Below are positions 29,661-38,618 of a stretch of DNA of 64,000 nt, piece after piece; within the stretch, counting starts at the first letter, position 1; every line of letters begins with the position of its first letter. The notes beneath the pieces are model-generated. The model worked only from the letters and a program-made list of their open reading frames with translations, had not been told where the DNA came from and ran no database searches. Origin of the DNA: an uncultured Clostridium sp. (GTDB lineage Bacteria > Bacillota > Clostridia > Oscillospirales > Butyricicoccaceae); NCBI GenBank assembly GCA_947427035.1, contig CANEGK010000005.1:1-64000 (forward strand). Direction: 5' to 3'. A program made the translations under genes and the position numbers.

Positions 29661-31702
29661 TATTGCTGTGGCCGGCTTCTCCAATCCTCTTCCAGTCCCA
29701 GGCTGGCGTAATAATCGTTGTCCAGAATGAGCGTGGAATAGGCCATTTTGTTGGATACCACCGCCGAATAATATTCGCGGTAGCCTTCCGGCAGTTCTTC
29801 GCCGCCCGTCGCCTCCAGCTCCCCTGTTTTGGTGTTGTAACGGGCCTTGTCGGTGATAAAACTGCGGTTTGACAGCACGACGAGCGGCTCCGCGTCGGAA
29901 AAGATGTCGCGCCCCATCATAAGCCGCGAATCAAACGGCAGCCCGAGCAGATTGGACACGGTGGGCAACAGGTCGATGTTGCTGCACGGCGCGTCGACGG
30001 TCTCGCTCTCCATGCCTTTTTTATAGATGATGCAGGTGTTGCGGTACAGCTCGAAATCGGGCTCGACTTCATGCCCGGCCAACTCCGAAATCTCATCAAG
30101 CGACAGGCCGTAGGGGTAATGGTCGGCCGACAGCACGATAACAGTGTTGTCCAGCGTGCCGGCCTGTTCAAGCCGCTCGAGCAGCAGCGCAAGCGCGCGG
30201 TCCAGCTCGATATTGCAGGCCAGATAGGCCTGTACGCCCTCGGAATACGGCAGATCCTCGACCAGCCCGCGGTTTTTAATCGCCATGTCATTGCTGATGA
30301 AATCGTACATCAAATGCCCGCTCACCGTCATGTAATAGGTGTGAAAGGGCTCGTCCTTTGCATATTCGCCGGTGGTGACGTCGATCATTTCCAGGTCGGA
30401 CTCCGGCCACTGGTCGGTGATTTCCAGCCCGTTGCCCACCGCCTTATAATCATAGCCCATGTTGGGGTGCGATTCGTCGCGGTTGTAATAAGTGTAGCTG
30501 TGGTCGTGGTAGGCCCGGCAGGAATACCCCTGCGCTTTCAGCTGGTTGCCGGCGGCAAAGGGCATGGCGTTCTGTGACGACTGATAAAAGCTCCACGCGC
30601 CCGCTTTGGGATAAAGGCTGGTCAGTCCGACGTATTCGCCGTCCGATGTGCTGACGCCCCACAGCGGCGTATACCAGTTGGTGAAGCGGAAGCCTTCGTT
30701 TTGCAGCCGGTAGAGGGTCGGCGTCAGGTCTTTGTCCACCGCGTACTGCGAAAAGCCCTCGGCCGTGATCCAGATGAGGTTGCAGCCGGCGAACAGGCCG
30801 GTCTTTTCATTTTTTCCGCTCGGCTCCAGGCTGCCGAAATACCGGTGCATGTCGGCGATGGTCGGGTTGCTTTCGGCGGCGGCCAGGGCGTCAAAATCGA
30901 TGTCGAGCGCATTGACGCCATATTCCGGGCCCGGCTCGGGATCGGCCGGGCCGTCGACCGGCTCGTCCGGCATCTGGTCGGGCGGCACGACGGTGGGAAC
31001 GGGCGGCGGGGCCTGCACGGCGTACTCCGGCTCGAACCCGGTCGCCAGCCGCCACAGGTCAAGGCGCATGGTGTTGAGCACGCCCAGCCGCTCCATCGAA
31101 TAGTCGATGGAGACCGTTTTATAGTATAAATCCCAGGCGCTGAAGTCCTCTGTCCCGCCCAGCGGCAGCGCCAGCCGGCACAGGACATGCAGGCAGGCCG
31201 CCATAAGGACGCCCAGCCCCTGCTGAAGCGCGGGCCGCCGCTCGAAGCAGAGCACCATTTGCAGCGGGGCCCACAGAATGAGCGGGATGAGCAGCGTCAA
31301 AAGCTGCACCCAGTTGCGTTTGATGGCGAAGAGGATTTCGTTGATAAACTCGAGCACCTGCCCGCCGTTGGCCGCCGAGTAAACGGTGTAATAGGTGTAA
31401 AAAATATGGTGGTACACCATCTGTGAAGCGTACACAACGGCAACCGCCGCCACAATCACCCATGCGATCACGCGGTTGGCGCGGCGCGGCAGCGAAGTGG
31501 ACAGCACCCACAGTAAAAGGGCCGCCGGCACGCAGAAGATCAGCGAAAACCACAGCCCCGCGCCGTGGAAGTCGGGGATTTCCCAAACGCGAAAGGTCCA
31601 CTCAAACGCCCACAGCATGGCCAGATAAAAGACCGGCAGAGCCAGCGGGTGGCGCAGCGCGGTCAGGCAAACCGCCGCGGCCTTTTTGATTTTTTTCTTC
31701 AT
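29660..31702 (-). CDS. LTA-synthase-family (LtaS-like) membrane sulfatase-fold protein
   Basis: Five N-terminal TM helices followed by an extracellular alkaline-phosphatase/sulfatase-like domain. Confidence 0.75.
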   Translation of the reverse strand: MKKKIKKAAAVCLTALRHPLALPVFYLAMLWAFEWTFRVWEIPDFHGAGLWFSLIFCVPAALLLWVLSTSLPRRANRVIAWVIVAAVAVVYASQMVYHHIFYTYYTVYSAANGGQVLEFINEILFAIKRNWVQLLTLLIPLILWAPLQMVLCFERRPALQQGLGVLMAACLHVLCRLALPLGGTEDFSAWDLYYKTVSIDYSMERLGVLNTMRLDLWRLATGFEPEYAVQAPPPVPTVVPPDQMPDEPVDGPADPEPGPEYGVNALDIDFDALAAAESNPTIADMHRYFGSLEPSGKNEKTGLFAGCNLIWITAEGFSQYAVDKDLTPTLYRLQNEGFRFTNWYTPLWGVSTSDGEYVGLTSLYPKAGAWSFYQSSQNAMPFAAGNQLKAQGYSCRAYHDHSYTYYNRDESHPNMGYDYKAVGNGLEITDQWPESDLEMIDVTTGEYAKDEPFHTYYMTVSGHLMYDFISNDMAIKNRGLVEDLPYSEGVQAYLACNIELDRALALLLERLEQAGTLDNTVIVLSADHYPYGLSLDEISELAGHEVEPDFELYRNTCIIYKKGMESETVDAPCSNIDLLPTVSNLLGLPFDSRLMMGRDIFSDAEPLVVLSNRSFITDKARYNTKTGELEATGGEELPEGYREYYSAVVSNKMAYSTLILDNDYYASLGLEEDWRSRPQQ

Positions 31703-31834
31703 GGATTCATTCCTGCCTTTGAAAAGGATGCGCTTTTTGCGCCGGCTCCCGCGGCGCGTCTTTTACAAATTTTGATTATAGCCGCACGGCCCCGCGCGCG
31801 CAAGCGGCGACATAAAATGTTAAGAAATCTTTCG

Positions 31835-33229
31835 TTATTTCTCTCTTTTCCACGCGCGCGCCAAAAGCGCGCACGCCGGCTCGATCTCGTCGGCGCTCAG
31901 TCCACCGTAGCCCAGTACGACGGTGGGGATGCCGGCCGGCGGGTGCTGGCAGTAACCGCCCAGCGCATATACGCGCACCCCCTGCGCCGCCGCCGCCGCT
32001 GCCAGCTCTTTTTCGTCCATGCCGTTTTCCACCTGCACCGGCATGTGCAGGCCGGTGTGTACGCACAGGGGCCGCGCGCAGTCCCCCAGCTCGCTTTTGA
32101 GCGCCTGCACCAGCCGATCGCGGCGGCTGCGGTACACATTGCGGATGCGGTTGATGTGCCGGGCAAAGTGCCCCTCTTCCATAAAGCGGCTGAGCGTGTG
32201 CTGTTCAAAGCGCGACACAGTGGACGCATAGCCGCCGTACAGCGTGCGCCAGCGCTCGAGCAGGCGCTCGGGCAGCACCATGTACGCTACGCGGATCGCG
32301 GGCGCCAGGCTGCGCGAAAAGGTGCTGATATACACGACGCGGCCGCCGCCGTCCAGCCCCTGTAACGCGGGAATGGGCCGGCCGTCAAAGCGGAATTCGC
32401 TGTCATAATCGTCTTCGATGATAGTGCATTCCCCCTCGCGCGCCCATTGCAGCAGCTCGGCGCGCTCGGGCGCCGGCATGGTGACGCCGGTGGGAAACTG
32501 ATGCGAAGGGGTGACGCAGACGGCGCGGCATCCGCTTTTCCGCAGCAGGTCCACGCGCACTCCGCGCTCGCCGACGGCCACCGGGCGCGCCGGCACGCCG
32601 GCGTTGCGCAGGACGTCGGCGGTTTTGCCGTAGCCCGGGTCCTCGACGGCGACGCTTTCGCCCGCTTCCAGCAGGCGCACCGCCATGCCGAGCAGCGTTT
32701 CGCTGCCCGCCCCGACGACGATCTGCGCCGGCCGCGCGCGCACGCCGCGGTATTCGTGCAGATACCGGGCAATGGCGCGGCGCAGGCACTCGTCCCCCTG
32801 CGGATCGCCGTGGTTTAAAAGCTGCGCGCCGCCGTGCATGACGTCGCGGCAAATGCGCGCCCAGGTGCGGACGGGGAAGAGCGAAACGTCGATGCTGCCC
32901 GTCGCAAAGTCATACTGCCAGCGCGGCCGCAGCGGGCTTTCCCCCGCTTCCGCCGGCTTTTCGGGGGGCGGCACCAGCCCCTGTACCCCCTGCGCACAGA
33001 CGAAAAAGCCGCTTTTGGGCACGGCCTGCACATAGCCCTCGGCCGCCAGCATCTGGTACGCGGCGTCGACGGTGTTGAGGCTGAGCCCCAAATGCGCCGC
33101 CAGAGCCCGGCGCGACGGCAGGCGTTCGCCCGGGGCCAGCGCGGCGCTCCGTATCTCGCCCAGCAGCATTTCATACAGCTGTCGGTACAGCGGCGCGCCG
33201 GGAACCGGCGAAAAGGTAAGGTTCTGCAT
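31835..33229 (-). CDS. MocR/PdxR-family regulator (GntR HTH fused to an aminotransferase-like PLP domain)
   Basis: An N-terminal GntR HTH (YRQLYEMLLGEIRSAALAPGERLPSRRALA) followed by a fold-type I aminotransferase domain. The start was re-placed at M8. Confidence 0.85.
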   Translation of the reverse strand: MQNLTFSPVPGAPLYRQLYEMLLGEIRSAALAPGERLPSRRALAAHLGLSLNTVDAAYQMLAAEGYVQAVPKSGFFVCAQGVQGLVPPPEKPAEAGESPLRPRWQYDFATGSIDVSLFPVRTWARICRDVMHGGAQLLNHGDPQGDECLRRAIARYLHEYRGVRARPAQIVVGAGSETLLGMAVRLLEAGESVAVEDPGYGKTADVLRNAGVPARPVAVGERGVRVDLLRKSGCRAVCVTPSHQFPTGVTMPAPERAELLQWAREGECTIIEDDYDSEFRFDGRPIPALQGLDGGGRVVYISTFSRSLAPAIRVAYMVLPERLLERWRTLYGGYASTVSRFEQHTLSRFMEEGHFARHINRIRNVYRSRRDRLVQALKSELGDCARPLCVHTGLHMPVQVENGMDEKELAAAAAAQGVRVYALGGYCQHPPAGIPTVVLGYGGLSADEIEPACALLARAWKREK

Positions 33230-33352
33230 AACCCCTCCATCTGGATCCATGTTTTTTTCATATTCTGGCTATTTTAATGGGTCCAACTTTGTTCTACAAT
33301 AGCACTTGACAAAAGGCCTTGTCAATTCCTTTCTGACGATGGAGGTTCGACG

Positions 33353-33868
33353 ATGAACGATAAAAATATCCGCCTGCTCTGCTTTTCGGCCATGTTCGCC
33401 GCTTTGATTCTGGTCTGCACCATGTTTGTCAAGCTGCCGGTTCCCGCCACGACCGAGTACATTCACATCGGCGACGGCGTTTTGTACCTGGCGGCCGCCC
33501 TTTTGCCGCTGCCCTATGCCGTCGTAGCTTCCGCCGTCGGCGCGGCGCTGGCCGACGTGCTGGCCTCTTACGCCGTCTGGGCCCCCTTTACCTTTGTCAT
33601 CAAGGCGCTGATGGCCCTGTGCATCGGCAAGCTGTGCCCGCCGGGTTCGGGCAGGGGCCGCCTGGCGCTGGCCGGACTGGCCGCCGGTGCTGTCAACGTC
33701 GCGCTGTACTTTGTCTCCAGCGCCATTCTGTACGGCGTCGCGGGCGCCGCAGCCGGCATTCCCTTTAACATTTTGCAGTCGGCCGTCGCCGCCGTCATCT
33801 TTGTTCTTCTGCTCGCGCCGGTGCAAAAGGCGCTGGCCGGACTGCTGCCCGGCAAACACCAGGATTAG
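33353..33868 (+). CDS. ECF transporter S component (substrate-capture subunit)
   Basis: A 171-aa protein with about 6 TM helices. It is divergent from the MocR regulator. GGAGG RBS. Confidence 0.6.
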   Translation: MNDKNIRLLCFSAMFAALILVCTMFVKLPVPATTEYIHIGDGVLYLAAALLPLPYAVVASAVGAALADVLASYAVWAPFTFVIKALMALCIGKLCPPGSGRGRLALAGLAAGAVNVALYFVSSAILYGVAGAAAGIPFNILQSAVAAVIFVLLLAPVQKALAGLLPGKHQD

Positions 33869-33879
33869 GAGGCTTTTGC

Positions 33880-34467
33880 ATGAACACCCACCGCTTTTTC
33901 AACACCCGGCGGCTTTCCGTCATCGGCCTGATGGCCGCGATGGTTTTTGTCGCCACCTATTTTCTACACATCGACATTCCGACCCCGCTGGGCAAAACCA
34001 TGCTGCACTTCGGCAACGTCATGTGCGTGCTGTCCGGTTTGCTCTTCGGCGGACTGACGGGCGGGCTGGCCGCCGGCATCGGCTCGGCCATTTACGACCT
34101 GATGGATCCGGCCTTTGCCCCGGAGTTCTGGATCACCTTTCTTCTCAAGTTCGCTATGGCCTTTATCGCCGGCGTCATCGCGCACCCCCGGGCCGATCGG
34201 CCGGTGCGGCCCGCCCGGCTCGCACTCGCCGCTGCTGCCGGGGCGCTCAGCTACACCGCCCTGTATGTCTGCAAAACCGTCATCATCCAGTATTTTGTCA
34301 TGCGCGCCGAATGGGCGACCGTCATGACGGTCGTTGCCACCAAGGGTTCGGTTTCCCTTTTCAACGCCATACTGGCCGCCGCCGTTTCCTGCATTCTGGC
34401 ACTGGCGCTCCGCCCCGCGCTTGAACGCGCCGGGCTATACCGCAAGCTGGAAGGGGAACGCGCATGA
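33880..34467 (+). CDS. ECF transporter S component, second paralog
   Basis: A 195-aa protein with about 6 TM helices. AGGAGG RBS. Confidence 0.6.
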   Translation: MNTHRFFNTRRLSVIGLMAAMVFVATYFLHIDIPTPLGKTMLHFGNVMCVLSGLLFGGLTGGLAAGIGSAIYDLMDPAFAPEFWITFLLKFAMAFIAGVIAHPRADRPVRPARLALAAAAGALSYTALYVCKTVIIQYFVMRAEWATVMTVVATKGSVSLFNAILAAAVSCILALALRPALERAGLYRKLEGERA

Positions 34468-35402
34468 AGCAGGAAAACCTCGTCGTCCCGTCGCAGTTCG
34501 ACGGCCTGCCGCTTTCTGTCCTGATCACCTTGCCCGAGGGAACCCCTCGGGCTTTGGTGCAGTTTTCACACGGCATGTGCGAATACAAAGAGCGTTACCT
34601 GCCCTTCATGGAATTTCTGACCGGACACGGCTTTGCCTGTATCATCAACGATCATCGCGGCCACGGCAAGAGCGTCCGCAGCCCGAAGGATCTGGGGTAT
34701 TTCGGCGAAAAAGGGCAGGGAGCCGAGGGACTTTTGCAGGATCTGCACCAGATCACCGGGCTTTTTAAAGCGCGCTTTCCCGGCCTGCCGCTCTATTTGT
34801 TCGGGCACAGCATGGGCTCGCTGGCGGCGCGCTGCTACGCCCGGCGCTGGGACAGCGAGCTGAACGGCCTTGTCGTCTGCGGCTGCCCGGGGCACAACCC
34901 CGCCGTCGGCCTGGGGCTGCGGCTCAGCCGTTTTCTGTCCCTTTTCGGCGGCCAGCACCACAAAAGCCCCCTGCTGGCCGGCGTGATGTTCGGCTCTTTT
35001 AACCGCGCCGTCGGCGCAAAAGGGCGCAACGCCTGGGTCTGCCGCAATGAAGAGGTGGTTTCGTCCTATAACAGCGACCCGCTGTGCGGCTTTATCTTCA
35101 CCGTCAACGGCTATGAATCCCTGTTCCGCCTGATGATGGAATGCTATGGCGAAGACGGCTGGGCCGTTTCGCAGCCGCAGCTGCCCATCGCCTTTATTTC
35201 GGGCGGCGACGACCCCTGCCGCGTCAGCGACCAAAGCTTTGCCGCGGCCGGCGAACACCTGCGCGCGCGTGGATACCAAAACGTGACGCAGAAGCTTTAC
35301 CCCGGCCTGCGGCATGAAATCCTCAACGAAGGCGATATGCAGGTCTGGCAGGACGTCTGCGACACCCTGCTGCGCTGGCTGGGCGAAGAGCCCGCTCGAT
35401 AA
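34464..35402 (+). CDS. alpha/beta hydrolase (lysophospholipase/monoglyceride lipase-like)
   Basis: The GHSMGS nucleophile elbow and the HGxxE motif. Its start overlaps the upstream stop by 4 bp. Confidence 0.8.
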   Translation: MKQENLVVPSQFDGLPLSVLITLPEGTPRALVQFSHGMCEYKERYLPFMEFLTGHGFACIINDHRGHGKSVRSPKDLGYFGEKGQGAEGLLQDLHQITGLFKARFPGLPLYLFGHSMGSLAARCYARRWDSELNGLVVCGCPGHNPAVGLGLRLSRFLSLFGGQHHKSPLLAGVMFGSFNRAVGAKGRNAWVCRNEEVVSSYNSDPLCGFIFTVNGYESLFRLMMECYGEDGWAVSQPQLPIAFISGGDDPCRVSDQSFAAAGEHLRARGYQNVTQKLYPGLRHEILNEGDMQVWQDVCDTLLRWLGEEPAR

Positions 35403-35467
35403 GCTCTGGAAATTCTCCCCGCCATGCGGTACAATGGCAATATCCCGATTTGAAAAGGAGATGCGCC

Positions 35468-36394
35468 ATGCTGACCTTAAAAGACACCTGTAAAATTGCC
35501 GTCGTGCAGGCGAGCCCCATTTTATTTGACAAGGGCGCCTGCACGGAAAAGGCTGTTGATCTGATTGCGCAGGCGGCCCGCAAAGGGGCCGAACTCATCG
35601 TCTTCCCCGAGCTTTTTATTCCCGGTTACCCTTACGGCATGACCTTCGGCTTCACGGTGGGCAGCCGCAATGAAAACGGCCGGCTCGACTGGAAGCGCTA
35701 TTACGACAACTCCATTGTCGTTCCCGGCGACGAAACGCGCCGTATTGCCGAAGCGGCCCGCGCCGCCCGCGCGTATGTCAGCATCGGCGTTTCCGAGCGC
35801 GACCCCTTCAGCGCCACGCTGTACAACACCAACCTGTTCTTCTCGCCCGAAGGCGAGCTGACCACCGTTCACCGCAAGCTCAAGCCGACCGGCGCCGAGC
35901 GCGTCGTCTGGGGCGACGCCGACAGGGCGTATTTCCCCGTCCTCGGCACGCCGTGGGGCAACATGGGCAGCCTCATCTGCTGGGAAAGCTACATGCCGCT
36001 GGCGCGCGTCGCGCTGTATCAGAAGGGCGTCACACTGTACATCTCGCCCAACACCAACGACAACGAGGAATGGCAGGCCACCATTCGCCATATCGCCATC
36101 GAAGGGCACTGCTACTTCATCAACTGCGACATGTTTTTCACCCGCAGCGCTTACCCCAAAGACCTGCACTGCCCGGATGAAATCGGCCGCCTGCCCGACA
36201 TCGTCTGCCGCGGCGGCAGCTGCATTGTCGACCCCTACGGGCATTATGTCACCGAGCCTGTGTGGGACAGGGAAGACATTATTTTCGCCGAGCTTGACAT
36301 GCAAAAGGTCCCGGCCAGCCGCATGGAGTTTGACGCCTGCGGGCACTACTCCCGCCCTGACGTTCTCGACCTGCGCGTTCACGAAGGGGAATAA
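35468..36394 (+). CDS. nitrilase / carbon-nitrogen hydrolase family
   Basis: The E-K-C triad context (FPELF...; ICWES). The start was re-placed 7 nt after AAGGAG. Confidence 0.85.
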   Translation: MLTLKDTCKIAVVQASPILFDKGACTEKAVDLIAQAARKGAELIVFPELFIPGYPYGMTFGFTVGSRNENGRLDWKRYYDNSIVVPGDETRRIAEAARAARAYVSIGVSERDPFSATLYNTNLFFSPEGELTTVHRKLKPTGAERVVWGDADRAYFPVLGTPWGNMGSLICWESYMPLARVALYQKGVTLYISPNTNDNEEWQATIRHIAIEGHCYFINCDMFFTRSAYPKDLHCPDEIGRLPDIVCRGGSCIVDPYGHYVTEPVWDREDIIFAELDMQKVPASRMEFDACGHYSRPDVLDLRVHEGE

Positions 36395-36493
36395 CCGGCA
36401 AAACCGCCCCTGCACCGCGTATATCCGGCAATCCATCAAAAAACAGCGTGGCTTGGGCCCCGCTGTTTTTTTGCCCCGGGCCGGCGCCCGAGT

Positions 36494-36521
36494 TGATCTT
36501 TTATGCGCAATCGGGTACAAT
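36494..36521 (+). promoter_or_regulatory. putative sigma-A promoter (TTGATC-16-TACAAT)
   Basis: Upstream of the GNAT-CPBP gene, following a terminator-like hairpin at about 36449-36475. Confidence 0.45.
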
Positions 36522-36593
36522 GACTCCAGATACCGATCTGTCATACGTCGCCGCCGGGCGCGATATGCTTCTGTACAGAGGGGAGGAAACGCT

Positions 36594-38057
36594 TTGGAAA
36601 TCAGACGCGAAGACATCGTCATCCGCGACATGCGGCCTTCCGATATTGCCGACCATCTGCGCTGGCGCACGGTGGAAACCGAATGGATGAACTGGGACGC
36701 CCCCTGGCAGCAGGATCCCTCTTTGCCGGCGTCTGTCATCGAGCGCCGGCTGCGCGGGCTGGCGTCCGCCCCGCTTCCCGCCGTGCGCACCCGGTTTGAA
36801 ATCGCCCTTTCCGGCGGCGAACACATCGGCTGGATGAACTCCTATCTGGTCGACGGCCAGCCCGGCTGCACCGCCATCGGCATTGACATTCCCGACCCCC
36901 GCCTGCGCGGCTGCGGGCGCGGCGAACGCGCCTTTTCCGCTTTTATTCATTACCTGTTCTCTGCCGGCCTGCCCTGCGTCTACACAGAGACCTGGTCGGG
37001 CAACCTGCCTATGATCCGCCTGGCCGGCAAGTGCGGCTTTTCTCTGGTGCAGCGCGGCAGGCAGGACCGGCTGGTCGACGGCCGGCCGTATGACAGCCTG
37101 CTCTTTTGCGTCACGCCCGGCGATTTTTATAAAAAGCAGACCTTTGAGCCGACGCCCAATCTCAAAAAGCCCCTCAGCCGCTGCGGCTGGGCGCTGTTCG
37201 CTCTGGTTTTGTGCGCGCAGGCGGGCGCCTTTCCGCTCGCGCTTCTTTTACAGCGGTTTTTCCCGGACTTTCTGCACAGCGCCGCGGGACCCTTTGCCCT
37301 GTCTGCTTTTGCGCTGTACGGCTTGGGACTGGGGGCCTTTGCCCTCGTTCTTCGCCGGCAGCCGGCTCCCGCGCCGGCGCCGGTCGAACGGCCGGGCAGC
37401 GGCTTTCTTCTCCGGCTTCTCGTTCTCTGCCTGGGCATGGGGTACCTGGGCCAGCTGGCGGGCAGCACGGTCATCACCTTTTTGGAAAAACTGCTGGGGC
37501 ACAGCTACTCCAACGCCCTTGACGGCGTTCTGGGCGGATCGGATCCCGCCGTCATCTTCCTGTTCACCGTCGTCCTCGCCCCGGTTTTTGAAGAGTTGAT
37601 TTTTCGACGTATGCTGCTGCGCCGCCTGCTCCCCTACGGCGAAGAGTTTGCCATCGGGGTTTCCGCCGTTGCCTTCGCCCTGTTCCACTGCAACATCGGC
37701 CAGATGTTTTACGCCTATTCCGCCGGCCTTATTCTGGCCTACGCCGTCGTCTCTACCGGCCGGCTTCACGTCAGTATTCTGCTGCACGGCTGCTTCAATC
37801 TCATCGGCTCGCTGCTCATGCCTGCTCTGCTGGCCTCGGGCAATCAGACGGCTATTGTGCTGGCTTCCCTGTGCATTCTGGCCCTGATGGCGGGAAGCGT
37901 CCTGATTTTTACGCACGGCAGGGGCCACATGCATCTTCAGAGCGGCTCGCTGCCTTTAAGCGACGGTCAAAAGCGCCGGCTGCTCGCCCGCGCCCCCGGC
38001 GCGGTTGCCTTTCTGCTCCTCTGCCTGGGTCTGACCGTATGGACTTTTTACCGCTAA
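36594..38057 (+). CDS. fusion protein: N-terminal GNAT acetyltransferase domain plus C-terminal CPBP (CAAX/Abi) intramembrane metalloprotease domain
   Basis: A TTG start lies 6 nt after GGGGAGG. The GNAT region is residues 1-170. The CPBP motifs EELIFRR, FALFH and HGCFN lie within 6-8 TM helices. Confidence 0.65.
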   Translation: MEIRREDIVIRDMRPSDIADHLRWRTVETEWMNWDAPWQQDPSLPASVIERRLRGLASAPLPAVRTRFEIALSGGEHIGWMNSYLVDGQPGCTAIGIDIPDPRLRGCGRGERAFSAFIHYLFSAGLPCVYTETWSGNLPMIRLAGKCGFSLVQRGRQDRLVDGRPYDSLLFCVTPGDFYKKQTFEPTPNLKKPLSRCGWALFALVLCAQAGAFPLALLLQRFFPDFLHSAAGPFALSAFALYGLGLGAFALVLRRQPAPAPAPVERPGSGFLLRLLVLCLGMGYLGQLAGSTVITFLEKLLGHSYSNALDGVLGGSDPAVIFLFTVVLAPVFEELIFRRMLLRRLLPYGEEFAIGVSAVAFALFHCNIGQMFYAYSAGLILAYAVVSTGRLHVSILLHGCFNLIGSLLMPALLASGNQTAIVLASLCILALMAGSVLIFTHGRGHMHLQSGSLPLSDGQKRRLLARAPGAVAFLLLCLGLTVWTFYR

Positions 38058-38122
38058 AGCCATCGCCGCGTATTTTCCCCGGTCATCGATCCATAATAAG
38101 GGCAGAACAAGGAGGAATCATC

Positions 38123-38503
38123 ATGTGTGAACACCGTTTTTTCATCTGCCGGCACTGCGGCAACCTTGTCGGCCTGATTCATGACGGCGGGGCGCCGCTT
38201 GTCTGCTGCGGCCAGCCCATGACCGCGCTGGAACCCGGCACGACCGATACCGGTTCTGAAAAGCACCGGCCCGTCGTCGAGGTTCAGGGCGATACCGTCC
38301 GCGTCTGCATCGGCTCTGCCGAGCACCCTATGGTTGAAGATCACTGGATCGAGTGGGTCTATTTGCAGACCGCCCAGGGCGGCCAGCGCAAATGCCTGCT
38401 GCCCGGCCGCAAGCCCGAGGTTTCTTTTGCCCTTATCGACGACCGGCCCGTGGCCGCCTATGCCTACTGCAACAAGCACGGTCTGTGGCGCGCCGACCTG
38501 TAA
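38123..38503 (+). CDS. dfx: desulfoferrodoxin (two-domain superoxide reductase)
   Basis: An N-terminal desulforedoxin-like Cys4 domain (CRHCGN...CCG) and a C-terminal SOR domain with His/Cys ligands. AGGAGG RBS. Confidence 0.85.
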   Translation: MCEHRFFICRHCGNLVGLIHDGGAPLVCCGQPMTALEPGTTDTGSEKHRPVVEVQGDTVRVCIGSAEHPMVEDHWIEWVYLQTAQGGQRKCLLPGRKPEVSFALIDDRPVAAYAYCNKHGLWRADL

Positions 38504-38571
38504 CGCGGCTTGCAGCCCCTTTCTCCTGAAACAGACCTTTGCCCTGCAAGTCCAGCCCCCTTTAAGCAAGC

Positions 38572-38610
38572 AAACGCGCGCCGCAAAACGGCGCGCGTTT
38601 TTCTGTACCC
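38572..38610. terminator. bidirectional terminator
   Basis: cgcgcgccgcaaaacggcgcgcg followed by TTTTT. Confidence 0.7.
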
Positions 38611-38618
38611 TTTTTTCA

